Below, in pieces: positions 39,770 through 53,800 of a stretch of 64,000 nt of DNA. The notes beneath the pieces were generated by a model. The model had not been told where the DNA came from. It worked only from the letters and a program-made list of their open reading frames with translations, and did not search any database. The position numbers and the translations under genes were made by a program. The first letter of the stretch is position 1. Every line of letters begins with the position of its first letter. The stretch spans positions 1-64,000 of the forward strand of contig NGBS01000009.1 of the NCBI GenBank assembly GCA_002245135.1, read 5' to 3'. Source of the stretch: Proteromonas lacertae. Taxonomy: Eukaryota.

Positions 39770-41808
39770 ATGGATGGAGATTTACAAGACGCAATACAGG
39801 ATGCTCAATATTTTGGAGCTTTATGTGATCCAGTTCCAAGGTATATTGGATGTTTATATATATGTAGACCTACTACTAAACTAATATTACCTACAGAAGA
39901 AGAAGCCAAAGCCTTTGGCAAGACAATGGAAGATGTTACTCTGTTTTCAATAGTGAAAGAGCCTGTAGGATATTATCTTGTATATTCTTTTCGTTTTATT
40001 TATTAGTGGAAGAAATTTGTAGGTCAAGATAAAAAAGAATTAGGATTTATCGCATTTATAGAGTGGACTTATGATTTTAAAGTAAATATTTCTATTTATT
40101 TAATTTCAATTAGACATGCACTTCAAGAAGACGTAGAAATAAATATGGCAAGAAGATATATGATAAATTTATTTCAAGTGGAAGTTTTCTTGATACAAAC
40201 CTTAGAAAGGAATTATATACAAGAGTATAAATATATATATTATAATTGTTTTTAATAGTGTTTTCGAAATGAGCATGATTATCGAATATTAGACCTAGAT
40301 ATGTTACAATTCCAAATAGATTATCGAAAAGCAAAAGAAGACTGTAAAGTATCATCTGAAAACATCATTCCGTGAAAAAGGAGGAGAATGTGAAAGAATT
40401 AAGCAGAAATTACTAAGTATAGACAATGGAGATGATAAACGAAACAATCAAAATAGATCAGCAGCTAATGTAATGTCCAATTTAACGCCATCAGGCAATA
40501 CATCCAATAATGCCAATACTAATCAACAACAACAACAGCAACCAGCAACCACAACAACCTCAGCCAAGTAGTCATCATCATCACAGTGTTATTAATCCAT
40601 TACCACCTGATCTATTTGATCCATTAACCGCATTAATATTCGATAGATTGAGAGTTAATTATTTTGATGATTTTAAAAAATCTTTTAGATATACACTTTA
40701 TTTACAAATTAAATTATTAGAGAAAAGAAGTGTAGGTGAAAGAGACTTTGCAATACTTCGTGTGCTAGGTAGAGGTGGATTTGGTATGGTAAGTGCCTGT
40801 AAAAAGAAAGATACTGGAAGATTATACGCTTTAAAAACAATGAGTAAAAAACGAGTAAAAATGAATCATGCTGAAAGAGTATGTTTAATTGAAAGACGTT
40901 TATTAGCACGTATTAATAGTCCTTTTGTTACAAATTTAAGATATGCTTTTCAATCAAGAGAAGATCTATTTTTGGTAATAGATATTAAATCAGGTGGTGA
41001 TTTGAGTTATCATTTGAGAAGGAAGAAATTCACTCAAGAACAAGTTGTATTTTATGCAGCACAAATATTATTAGGATTAGAACACTTACACTCAATGGGA
41101 ATCATCTACAGAGATATGAAACCAATGAATATAATGTTGGATAAGAAAGGAAATGCGATTATCACAGATCTTGGACTAGCCGTTGAAGAATCAACTCATC
41201 CTGCTAGTTTGTGTGGTACAAGAGGATATTGGGCTCCAGAGATTATCTTATCCAGAGAAACTCACCGTCCTTATGATAGAAGATGTGATTATTGGAGTTA
41301 TGGTTGTTTGATATATGAAATGTTAACTAGTAAATGTCCGTTTAGACGAACTGAATGTTTGAATTTTGATCCTGATCGACATAGATCGATTGATATTGCT
41401 ACTTTACAGTATGATCCACCTTATAATCCCAAGTATTTTACTACATCTGAAACTAAGTCATTTTGTAGAGGTTTATTAACTAGAGACCCAAATCAGAGAT
41501 TAGGTACGAAAGGTATTGAAGAGATTAAAAATCATCCATTTTTCGCTAAAATTAATTGGCATGTAATTCAGTCACTGCAAGCTGATCCTCCTTATCACCC
41601 TGATAGAGATATTAATGCTGCTTCACAAAGTTCTATTGGTGAATTCGAATCAATTCACACAGAATTGACTGAAGAATGGCAACAACAGTTTTGTGAGTGG
41701 GAGTTTGTTAATCCAATTGCTTTACAATGTGAGATAACAGAATTGATGAAACATGAAGAAACTCTTGGCGCAATAGCACAACCTGCATCATGTTGTAACA
41801 TCATGTAA
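39770..41808 (+). CDS. GRK: G-protein-coupled receptor kinase (N-terminal helix + RGS/RH domain + AGC kinase), C-terminal CaaX
   Basis: MDGDLQDAIQDAQYFGA (GRK alphaN-like), RGS-like EPVGYYL...FI, DFAILRVLGRGGFGMVSACKKKDTGRLYALK, YRDMKPMN, TDLGLA, GTRGYWAPE, INAASQSSIGEF, ends CCNIM. Confidence 0.9.
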
Positions 41809-42198
41809 CCCTCAAAGAGAATAATTTCAGAATTTTGCATGTATTTTAATTTCATAGTTATGTTTATTAATTTTTATGTTTGTTGTGTATATATTCAATA
41901 ACAAGAGAGATTTAAAAAAAACAGAATAGTGGGATTATCTTTCAATACACTCTCATTTCAGTATAATTATGTTGACATATGTATTTCCCAACAAAATAAA
42001 GGTATTCTAAAATTATTGTTGAGTTTCTATTTTTTGGAATGTCGTTATTTGAATGAAACATTCATTTTAGGGGGTAAGGAAATAACTGATTTTTTGAACG
42101 GTATTTTCGTAATAATTTGGGGTTGCTTTGTTTAAGGGGCTTAGAATTTTTTGATTCATTTTGGTGGCGCTCTTTTTCATAAAAAATAAGCTTTTACA

Positions 42199-44639
42199 AT
42201 GTCTGTAATTCAAAATCCAGAGAAGAGGAAGTTAAATGACCTTAATAATGGTATATTGAACCGTTCTATAAACTTTTCTTAGAATCGATGAAAAAACTTA
42301 AGGCACAGGTATCTAACACCTATATTATCATTCAATTTTTTATCTTATTCCTAGGAACAAGCTCATCTTGATGAAGATAGAGGTAATAATTTATTGTATA
42401 CTGAATAATCACTATATATCCTAGAAATCACATGGAACCAGCTTTATCAAAGCCAGAAGATACTATTAATACAAGTCATCCCAGCGGTCATGAAAATCAT
42501 TCATTACCACCTGCATTACATCCAGGCAACAGCTCTTTACCAGTTCCTGGTCAATTATCCGAACCACCCATGCTGAACGGCGCTTTACATAGCAATGATT
42601 CCATCAAAGAACCACTTCATTGTCCATATCAGCAGTGCACTTATGTAGCACCAGATGGAAGAGTATTAATAGAACATTTAACCCAACATCTAACTATCCC
42701 ATCACAAGAGAACTCCGGTAATGTTCAATACGAGAATAATGGTGAAGATTACAAACAAAACTCAATGTCCAACAATTCAATACTTCCATCTCGCTCATTC
42801 ACAACACCTAAACTAAATCCAGAATATAAATGTTCATTACCTTCCTGCAAATACATTGCTCATAGTAGAAAGTTATTAGAACAACATATCTTAATACATT
42901 CAGGTAAAAAACCATATCAATGTACACAAGAAGGCTGTACTTATGCATCTTACCGTAAATATGATATAATCAGTCATATTAAGAACAAACATCAAGGAAT
43001 AACTCTACCAGATATTGATAGTATTGTTCCACACACTGATGGACCAACAGAAACAAAGGCATATCGATGTAGTTATGATGGTTGTTATTACTCCACCAAC
43101 CGTTCATCTGATTTGAATTCTCATCTATTAATGCATACAGGAGAAAGACCATTTCCATGTACTGTAGGTGGTTGTAGTTATTATGCACCACGTCAGAGTG
43201 ATTTGAGTAATCATATTAGAGTATGGCATCCTGATGAATATTTAGCAAAACAACCATTTGAAGCACAATTCAAGAAGATTGTTACACCCTCCAAGTTAAA
43301 GACTCAATTAGTATGTGAACAAGAAGGTTGTTCATTCACTACAACATCAACAAAGACATTATTTATACATATGTGCGAACATAGAGGAATTAAACCATAT
43401 CCATGTCCATTCAATAATTGTCCACTTGGATTTAATACAAAATATCATTTGAAGAGACATTTGTATGTTCATACTGGTGAAAAACCATTTCATTGTCCAA
43501 TAGAGAATTGTACTTATGCAAGTAGTCGTGAAAGTGGCGTAAGAGGTCATTTAAAGTCAAAACATCCACAATATACTCAACCGTATACTAAAGAAGATTT
43601 CCTTAATAAAAGTAAAATAAATACTGAAACTACAGCTGCTTCTCAACTATCCAATATATCACCACAATTAACTACTACTACTAATAATAATAATCAAACA
43701 GTAGTAACATCCAATAATAATGGTAATAATAATAATAATAATGCATCTAATGTTAATGGAACTGCTAATAATCTATTCTTAGATAATAAATCAGTCTCTT
43801 TATTTGAATGTAATCACAGTGGATGTAATTATGGTACTACTCAGAAAGATTGTTTAGAAAAACACTTGGAGAAACACAACTCATTACAGAATACAGATGG
43901 AAGTAATGGTGGTAATAGTTCAATCAATGGATCAACAGATAAACCATATAAATGTGATAAAGAATATTGTGATTTCTCCACTAGTAATCCATATTATATA
44001 GCTCAACATATTAAGAATCATGATAAACTAACAGTGAGTTGTCCATATGTATGTGAAAATAACCATGAAATACCATTAGATAACTTAAAACCACATTTAT
44101 TAAAGTGTCATACATATACTGATCAAATTCCATGCAATTACTGTGGTTGTCAGACTGTGTTAACATCTCATGAAGATTATTGTAATCATTTCCAAACACA
44201 TTTCCATAATAAAACATATAAGTGTCCATTTAAAGAATGTCCATTCACTACAGTGAAAGAAACATCATTAAGGAAACATATCGTTCAACATAATAATGGT
44301 CAATATTTGAGATGTCCTGAGATGAATTGTAGTTATGTTGCATTGAAACAAGAGTTATTAACTATGCATTTAATGAACCATTATCAGAATAGTAATAGAT
44401 GCACTCAACCTGACTGTGATTTCCAATGTGATGATAAGATGGTACTTATTGATCATAGATTAGGTCATCCATTACCAGCTAGTTCAATGAAATCATTACC
44501 TGTTATTCCTGTACCACCTTCACTTCAATCTGGTGAAGATGAACTTCAATCTACACAACAACAACAACAACAGCAACAACAACAACAATCAGGGTCAATG
44601 ATGCAGAATATACCTATTCATAAATCTCAGAAAGTGTAA
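42199..44639 (+). CDS. Multi-C2H2 zinc-finger transcription factor with Asn/Gln-rich tracts
   Basis: Many CX4CX12HX3-4H fingers with TGEKPF/TGERPF linkers; 5' mini-exons from the ATG at 42199. Confidence 0.9.
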
Positions 44640-44768
44640 AAATCCAATCTAATATATATATCTTAATTCAACTTTATTTTTAAGCTCCGTTTATTTTTTA
44701 TTTTATCTTGTATTTTTAAATACATTTAATATACACACAAAAACATAATGAAAATAAATAGATTTTGT

Positions 44769-45340
44769 TTAATTATTAGTTACATTACATTTAAATGTAC
44801 ATTTAGGTAATTTTCCAACTTCAATATTTATTTCACATTTCATTCCTAAATTATGTAATGCTCCACGAATAACACCAGCTGGGAATATTGCATATTTCAT
44901 TACAATATCTTTTGAAAAATCTTTGGATGACATTGCTTGGAATGGTGGGAACTTTGAATCTTCAAATACGTATAGATCCTATTTACCAATAACTTTCATT
45001 GTATACTTTTGAATTAGTTTGTATAGTTTCTGGTTCTTTACAATATAAACCCAACCAAAAATATTTTATGACAAATTTGAATTTCTCTAAATCTGTTGTA
45101 GGATATTTAACTCCTTTCAAATATCTATTTTTGTTAATCTATCAAATATACAATTCAACAAGTCTATATCCAACGAAATATCCAATTTCTTCTAATTTTT
45201 TACAACTTTGGGAATAGTTCCACTCATCATCACCAGAAGATTTGAACTATAGCAAAGATTATCATCATTTTCATAAAATATACCATCTCATTAACCATTT
45301 CATTGGTAAAATATTCAAAAGCACACAAAGACACACTCAT
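44769..45340 (-). CDS. TRAPPC6: TRAPP complex subunit, TRAPPC6/Trs33-like
   Basis: VSLCAFEYFTNEMV, EEIGYFVGYRLVE, LEKFKFVIKYFW, FPAGVIRGALHNLG, LPKCTF. Confidence 0.8.
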
Positions 45341-45569
45341 AAATCAATAAAATATAAAATTAAGGGGTAAAAATATAAGTGGATTATCAATACTATATTT
45401 TCTATTTAAATTATCAAATAGTATCTTCATCATTTTCTAGCTATTAATTATAGTTAATAACGATTCAACATTTATATAATGATAGTTATGATATGTATAA
45501 GATATAAATGGATTTATAAAGAAAAACAAAAGAAAAAGAATGAAATAATATAAGTTATAATAACAACAT

Positions 45570-47191
45570 TTATATTAAGAATTTTCCATCGACATTAGTC
45601 TTCATTGTAATATTACCTTCTCCGAATTGATTTCTGAAGAAGTAGAGTAATCTAGCAGCTAAGTAAGTCAATGTAGCAGATAATGCTTCATTTCCCCACC
45701 AATAATAAGTAATTGACCATAATAAAGCATGGAACAACATTAAATCATATTCAATTCCCCAAAATAATAATCCTATTTAATTAATATAAATGAGTATTAT
45801 ATACTTGAATGTCTTGAAGAAAACAACATTGAATTAGAATCAGGTACCCACCAACATTGTTCTTCTCTTGACATATCAGGTGGAAAATGAATCATTCTTT
45901 TCCACATTGGAAATGGTTCAAATATTGTTCTTTTCACTGGACAGTTATTCTGTTCAACGTATTCTTTAAGAAACGCCTCTATTTTTGCAACTAATTTGGG
46001 ATCTAAAGGTACTCTACCATTTCCACACAATGGAAAAGCTCTAAAGAAACCACCCATTGGACCAGCTTGTTGCATTTTACTTCTCAAATCATCATCAAAC
46101 TTATGAAAATAACTTTCTTTAAAATTCTTTGATAAAAATATTTCATACACTTGAGAATCTTTTCCACCTGGTAGATTTTCTCCAGGCATCTTCAAATGCT
46201 GTAGCAATGTCTCCATATCTGTATCAGCATGTTGACCTGGTAAATGACAGTGGAAATAATAACCATGATATTTCTCATCCATTATAAACAATGAGATTTT
46301 TGCAACTGTACATAAATCTATGAATAGTGATTCTTCTGGTTCCTCAATGAATCTTTGCTATATAAATAAATAAATGAAATAAATAAATAAAATATATTAA
46401 ATATACATAAACAGCATAATTCCATATCAATTGTAATGAAGTAACTAAAAACCATAAGAATAATATCATATAACAATGTAAAAACATATTCACAGGAATT
46501 GTAGGATCATCTCTGAATGCTGGTTCTTGTGTAGCCATCTTCTTAAAACCAGCTATTTCAATTAAAAACCATATAAAGAACAATGAAAACTCAAAGGAAG
46601 TTCTTCGCTTTGTTTGTAATTCATTGAATTCATTGGCTACAAATAGTTTCCTCCAAACACTTACTGGGATTTGTGGAGCATCATCATCTTCTATAATAAT
46701 AATAATAATAATAATATACTTGATTCTGCTATATGATATGTATCATATGGTGTTTCCCAATCAATTAGAAATATATCACAAGTGCATTGTTGATATACTA
46801 AATAGATGACTCTAATAACTTGACAAACTGTAGCTACATATAATATACATTCAAATGGATAATACTATAATATATAATAAATATATATAATAATAATATT
46901 TATACATTACTAAATCTTTCAACATCATCAATATACGGTGGTAAAAACACATATGGAACATCTTGAAATTTAAAGAAGCAAAACCAATAAGTACCAAATA
47001 CAGCTAAATAACAACCAGCGCAGAATGGACCAGCTAGCGATATCAATAGTACAGCTGCTCTAATAATAGATTCAAATGATAGAGTCTCTTCTTCAGTAGA
47101 TCTTGCATTGTTTCGCTGTTTTCTAATATAACTATATACCCAATAGAAAAACATTACCACCATAAATATCCAAAACCACTATATATTGTTT

Positions 47192-47241
<50 letters not shown>

Positions 47242-48781
47242 CAGCTGTTTGAAAGTTATTCCATGTTGATAAATCATGTTCATATTCTACTTTAATAGAG
47301 AATTCTTCTGTACCTGCATTACCACTAGCTACTTCACCATATTCAATTCTTACAACTGGTAAGTATATTCTTTCTATAATTAACAACAATAATAATCAAT
47401 AACTATACGTTTATCATCTTTTCTTGCTCTAACTCTAATAGTTATATCTTTAGCATATCTTATTGCTTGAACACCCATAGCAGTATTGGCTCCTAAATTA
47501 TCAAATAAAGTAAATCGATAAACATAAGTGGGTGATTCACTCCCTTTTACATTTATTCTATTACCATCTGAACCTCTTAATTCTTTATTATATATTGGTA
47601 CTTTAGTCCATCCATTTACATTTCCACCTCTCACATTCAATATATATAAATCATAAAATAAATTATCTCCTCTATTGAATAATCTACTAACATCACATTT
47701 ATATCGATAATCAAAACCTGAACCATATCTTAACCAAACCGAACCTAAATCTTCATCAACACTTCCTTCACTAGAACAGTAGAAAAATTGATTCTTTAAT
47801 TCTTCAAAACTAACTAAAGTACCATTCAATGTATAACTTGCTAAACCAAACCTTAAATGAGTACTACCAGCTGCATTATTTCCTCTTTTAAATGTATAAC
47901 TTGTTTCTACTTTATTACTAATATCTAAATCAGTAGCTACAGCTCTAATTGTGTTGACTAATGATGATTTTAATACAGCAGCACCACATATTGTATTCCC
48001 TTGGAAATTGCCATAATAATTGGTTAATGTACATAAATTTGATAATGTATTACACCATTCAGGTTTTGAAGGTAATTCTATATTTGGACACATTGAATAC
48101 GAAACATCTAATAAATCACTAATAGCTTTAGATTGATATGTACCACCTATGATTGCATAATTGGTATCTCTTACTGTAATTTGACTTTGAAGTGGTGTAT
48201 AACAGAATTTCTTTGTATAATAACCATATGAATTTGAATAAAGTGTTAGACCATTGTCACAGACACAGTTACCTACTGTTGTATCATATCTCATATTATC
48301 TCCATCACATATTATTAATTCTGATGTATTTCTTACTTTGTGGACTTTTGTTGGATCGAATGTGAAACATTCTACTGTATCTAGTCTTATTCCTCCTTTT
48401 TCATATAATGGGAGTTGATTATCGGCAGTACATGGAGATTGAGATGGATTTATGCAGAATGACTGATCTGGTGTTGGATTTCCTGTTGGACATACTGAGC
48501 ATTTTGGATTCGTTGTGTAATCCCAATATGTTTCATTCGCACATGAATAAGATATGGAATAACTATTACCAAACATATCAACTTTATCTTGTGATGGTTC
48601 CTAGAATAAGTTACATATTATTAATTAGCAATACTGCATTATCAGGTTTTTGGACTGTATATAGACAAGAACCTAAATCTATTGGATTTAGAACATCGCA
48701 TAAAGGAGGAAGTGTTTGACTGTATGATTTGCTTATACAGCACATCAACAATACTATTATACATAATTTATTATATGACAT
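45570..48781 (-). CDS. TMEM67: Meckelin (transition-zone MKS module)
   Basis: Signal peptide, Cys-rich N-terminus, CNTLSNLCTL, YRFTLFDNL, FGTYWFCFFKFQ, SVWRKLFVANEFNELQT, FIDLCTVAKISLFIMDEKYHGYYFH, C-terminal NLKTNVDGKFLI*. Confidence 0.92.
47198..47236. repeat. (TA)n microsatellite inside a meckelin intron
   Basis: Uninterrupted TA run, making this intron about twice the usual length. Confidence 0.85.
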
Positions 48782-48829
48782 ATTCTTTATCTATCTATTG
48801 AGTTTTTGAATTTTTCTTTTGGAGGTAAA

Positions 48830-48849
48830 GCTTGATTCTCTGTCAAGCC
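48830..48849. promoter_or_regulatory. Palindromic GCTTGA-N7-TCAAGC element in the 70-bp meckelin/tectonic bidirectional promoter
   Basis: Directly visible inverted repeat; half-site recurs upstream of many genes in the window. Confidence 0.5.
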
Positions 48850-48851
48850 AA

Positions 48852-49982
48852 ATGAAGTTTTTCTTATTTATTTTATTAATCGTATGCCTAATTTTAAAAA
48901 TGTAATATATTCTAGATATATTCATACCAATATTTACCTAAAGGATGTACTTGTTTGAATGGCAACCAAAATATAGAGTATCTCGCTTAATACTATTGTA
49001 GAGAATGTACTGATTATGATTGCAGGTGTGCATGCGATTTAACAAATGTTTGTGATAGTAATTGCTGTTGTGATGAAGATGTATCTTTTTTTTGAATTTT
49101 TTTTATCTTACTAGTGTTCTGAAGATGAAAGGTCATTATCTTATGAATTAGGACAATGTGTATTCAGTGGTGCAGAAACATCCAGAGTAAGAATGTGTAG
49201 AAATAATGATTATTTTCAAAAAGTCAATTCATATACTAATATGAGAGTTACAAACATCGTATACATACTCATTTCATCCATTATTATTTAATAGTTTGAT
49301 AATCTGATGTGTGTAGAAGTAGATAACAATCCTTCAAAAGGTAACTTTTATGTTGAACCAGATTCATCAATCTCATTTCCTCCTATCACTCCAGAACCAT
49401 CTTCAGTTCCAAGTAATTTAATAAACGAATTCTATGTGACAAATTCTGATATATATGTAAGTGTAAATGAAACAGAAAATGAAGCAAATGAAATGAATGA
49501 AAGAGAGTTACAAACAATAACAGTAAATAATAAAGAACCATTAATATTTCTAACACCAGTATATATATAATATAATATAATTTATATATATATTTAATAG
49601 GGTTTCTCAAACCTTTGCTTGAAATCAAACAGAGCCAAATTTATGAATAGTCCAATCAAAACCACCAATTGTTTATATGAAATCAAACAAAATGAAGTGT
49701 TAGAAGATGGAATATTAGATCCAGCTTATTATACAAATATGATGTATTATACTACTCCCAATGGAACAGCAAAGAATCCAATAATCAGTTATAATGGAGG
49801 TGATTTAACAAAGAATGGAAATAACATCAATGATGTAGTGAATAGTGTAAATTATATTATCAAATATACATATGATACCACCAGTAATAATCAATCGAAG
49901 AAAATTATTGATGAATTTGATATAGCTATAACTACTACGAATATAGCGAATATACAATATCCTTATTATCATCCTATTACAG

Positions 49983-50017
<35 letters not shown>

Positions 50018-50704
50018 ATAGTCAACAATTCAATTTGTAGATATAAGTAGTAATACAAACAATATAGTAATGCAAAGATCAGGGAATCCTGGCTATTTAA
50101 AAGGTCGACCAATATTATGTGCTAATTCAACAAGTGATTCTTGTATTAATAATCATTTATCAATTCCAATACCAACTTCAAATGGAAGGTGTAATTTTGC
50201 AAATGGATTTAGTGCTTTGAATTTTGGTAGTGGTTATGTTAGTTATTGCTATATTACTGGTAATGATATTGCCATTGTGAATAATGGAATTGCAAAGTTT
50301 AATGGTATATCAATAGGTAAATATGGTAATTCTGATTATAATAATACTATTGTATTTATATATTTATTTATAATTATGAATAGCCTGAAGAATGGATTAG
50401 AATGGAAGTAAGTTCAAATTGTCCAGCTGCTAGTTCAACATCTGCTGTTTCTGTTATTACTTTTCATTTCGTTACTTCTTATGTTGGTGCTTTCCCTAAT
50501 GCACAAGAGATAATTATAAAATCACAAGTTAGCTGTGAGAATTCCAACTATAACGCTAATGGATTTTATTTGAAAGTTGCAGCTGTATTTGATAGAGCTG
50601 ATATTAAGAAGTTTAAAGATTATACACCACCTAAACCAAAATTGAGATTGAAACTTCCTGCTGATATATTTAGACCATTTTTAATGAAGGATGTTGAAGA
50701 TTAG
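48852..50704 (+). CDS. TCTN: Tectonic (TCTN, DUF1619) transition-zone protein
   Basis: CRCACDLTNVCDSNCCCDEDC, QRSGNPGYLKGRPI, LNFGSGYVSYC, IGKYGNSD, YVGAFPNAQEII, LKLPADIFRPF. Confidence 0.9.
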
Positions 50705-50877
50705 TAATATTTGTTTATTTTTATATATAGATTGTTTTGCTATAAAATAAAATCATAAATAAAGTGATAAAATTTCATCTCTGTCAATAGATAAATGAAA
50801 TTTAAAAAATATCAAGCCAAGTTTTTTCTTTAACGTATTTGAGATTTTTTCTAATTTTATAGGTGATTTTGAAAGCT

Positions 50878-53800
50878 ATGAATATTGTAACAATAATTCT
50901 TGTTACATTATGCATCAATATAGCTTATTCAAATGGTTGTATATTTTAATCAACTTTATTGTTCTTAGCTGTTCCAAAATTAAATACTCCTAATGTGGTT
51001 CTATCAAGTATTACTAATAGTTCTATGGTTTTACATTGGTACGCTCCTTTTAATTTAGAAAATACTCCTACTGAATATGAAATACAATACAGTAAATTGG
51101 GAGATGATTGGGAAAATGTATATGGAACAATAGGGAGTATATCAGAACCTCAACATGAAATCCTTTGGATTGAAGTAAAAGGTTCAGATTCTGCTCCAAT
51201 AAATGGTTCTTTCCGTCTATATCTCAATTATTATACCAGATATCAACAGCCTGTTCATTTCGTTACAAATGAAATACCATTTGACGCAAAAGCAGATGAT
51301 ATAAAAACTGAATTAGAGCATCTAACAGGAATAACTAATGTTCATGTAATAGAAGGAGTTCCAAAACATAATTCCATAGTAGAAGGTAAATCATCTTGGA
51401 TAGTGATATATGACTATAGACATGATATTATCGGTGGAAATATTGTACCGCAATTACAAGTATATGATGAATCGATGAATACTAATGATGACAGAGAAGA
51501 TATACCACCAACATTAAAAGGAGATATTCAATGTATAGAACTATATACAGGAAATGGTAAAGAATTATCAGGAGAGTTTTCATTACATATCAACGGACAT
51601 GAAATATCAGAAATATTAGTAAATATAACAGCAGAAGAATTAGAAAACAAATTAAAAGGAATATTTCCAAATGTTAAAGTAGAAAGACCAAATGATTATT
51701 ATTCCGTATTAGAGTATTATGGATATGACACTGATTTTCAATCTTGGTGTATAACATTTTCCACTGAAAAATCTATTCTTCCAATCTTAATCCATCCACC
51801 ATCTGGTAATAATGGAATAGTAAGAATAGTTCAAAAATATGGTGAATATAAAGTAACGAATGTTCAAATCCATGAGTTAAGAAGACAAGGAAGTAATAAT
51901 ACTTTATGCTTTGGAGATTGTTATCAATTAATTGATAATTTATATCCTAATTCAGGTTATATTTATAGATTAAAATATAAAGTTGAAGTATATTATATTA
52001 TATTCATTTTATTATTATTATTATTTTAGACTGATGATTGGTCTGAATATACATCTTCCTCTCAGATATATTATACTCTTCAATATGATGTACCATCCCA
52101 TCCAGTACCTCCATTATTTATTAGTTCAACTAAAACATCAATTAATGTTGAATGTATTTTGTCTAATGACAATGGAGCTAAAATAACAGATATTACATTT
52201 GAGATATCTGATGAAAATGATAGTATTTTATAAATATATTATTTATTTATTTATAATAGAATCATTCATGTGGAGAAAAGCAGAAATTGTTAAGACTAAA
52301 AGAGATTTCTTACATTATACAATTATAAGTATATATTTTTTTAAGTAATTATTTATTTATTGTAATAGAGTTAAATCCTGATAGTAGTTACTATGTAAGA
52401 GTGCAAATGCATAATTCAGCTGGTGCTAGTGATTATAGTAATCCAAGTAACTTAATGAAAACTCAGCCAGATTTACCATTAAATCCACCTAAGATATATA
52501 TTGAATCTGAAAAGACAACTACTTATAGTATTACACTGTTTTGGCTTCCTGTTAAAGATAATGGTATTCCAGTTGATTCATATTCTATTCAATATAAAAC
52601 ACAACCATTTGGTTTTTGGAACAATATTCGTTATGCTGTATCAGCTGTTAATTCAAACATCAAAAGAGAAGTATATATATTCATATAAATATTTTATTTT
52701 TGTACAATAGATACAAACAATTCAATGTAATGTTCCGATCAAAGAAATAGAAAGTACAGACACATTTACATTAGAATTTGGTTATAAATATTCAGTAGAT
52801 AGTATTAAACCAAATAGATATAAAACTAAACCATTATCATTCAAATGTACAGCAGAAGAAATGAAAAATGCATTGAATGCTATTCGTCCTCATTCTATTT
52901 ACCATATTGATAGAATAGTTGAAAACTCGAGATATGTATGGAGAATATACTTCAATTATTATCAACAATCCTTCACACTTCCTTATCCATTACTCAGATT
53001 AAGTGATGCTTCATTTTATGCTTCTGATGAGTATAGTGAATCATTTACATTTATGAAAATTCAAGAAGCAACACCAGCAGTGTTTAAAGATGTTTTATCC
53101 TTAAAAGTGGATGGTTTAACAAATTATACAACTTATATATTCCGATGTAAAGCCAATACAATAGAAGGATCAACAGAGTGGAGTGAAGCAACTTCACCAG
53201 AAACAACGAAAGCAATAACAACACTTCTACCACCATCCAGAATACCTTCCATAGTAATACCAACAATAGCTGCAACTGGAAGATATGCAGCTAATAGAGA
53301 AGATCCTGATTATGTAGGAGGAATTGGAAATGGTGGATCTAAATACAGTAAAGGTGAGAATGGAATGATTGTAATATCAACTTGTAATACTCATGGTCAT
53401 TTAATACCTAAATCATATTATTATTATAAAGAAGTAAATAATGAACCTGTAGTTCAGAAATATAGAGTAAAAGCACCTCCAGGTGTTACTATTGATTGTT
53501 TAGAGATAAAAGCATGGGGAGCTGGAGGTGGTGGAAGTAAAAACAGTACAGGAGGTGGTGGAGGATTTGCATTTATCCAAATGAAGACAAAGAATAATGA
53601 AGAATATGATATATTAGTAGGTGAAGGTGGTTATGCTGGATTGAAAGAAACAGGTGGATTAGGAGGTTGGCCAAATGGTGGTAAAGGAGGAAATGGAAGA
53701 GAAGCAGGTGGAGGTGGTGGTGGTTATTCTGGTGTATTTTACAAAGGTTCTTTAGTAGTAATAGCTGGTTCAGGTGGTGGTGGAGGAAGTACTGATCATT

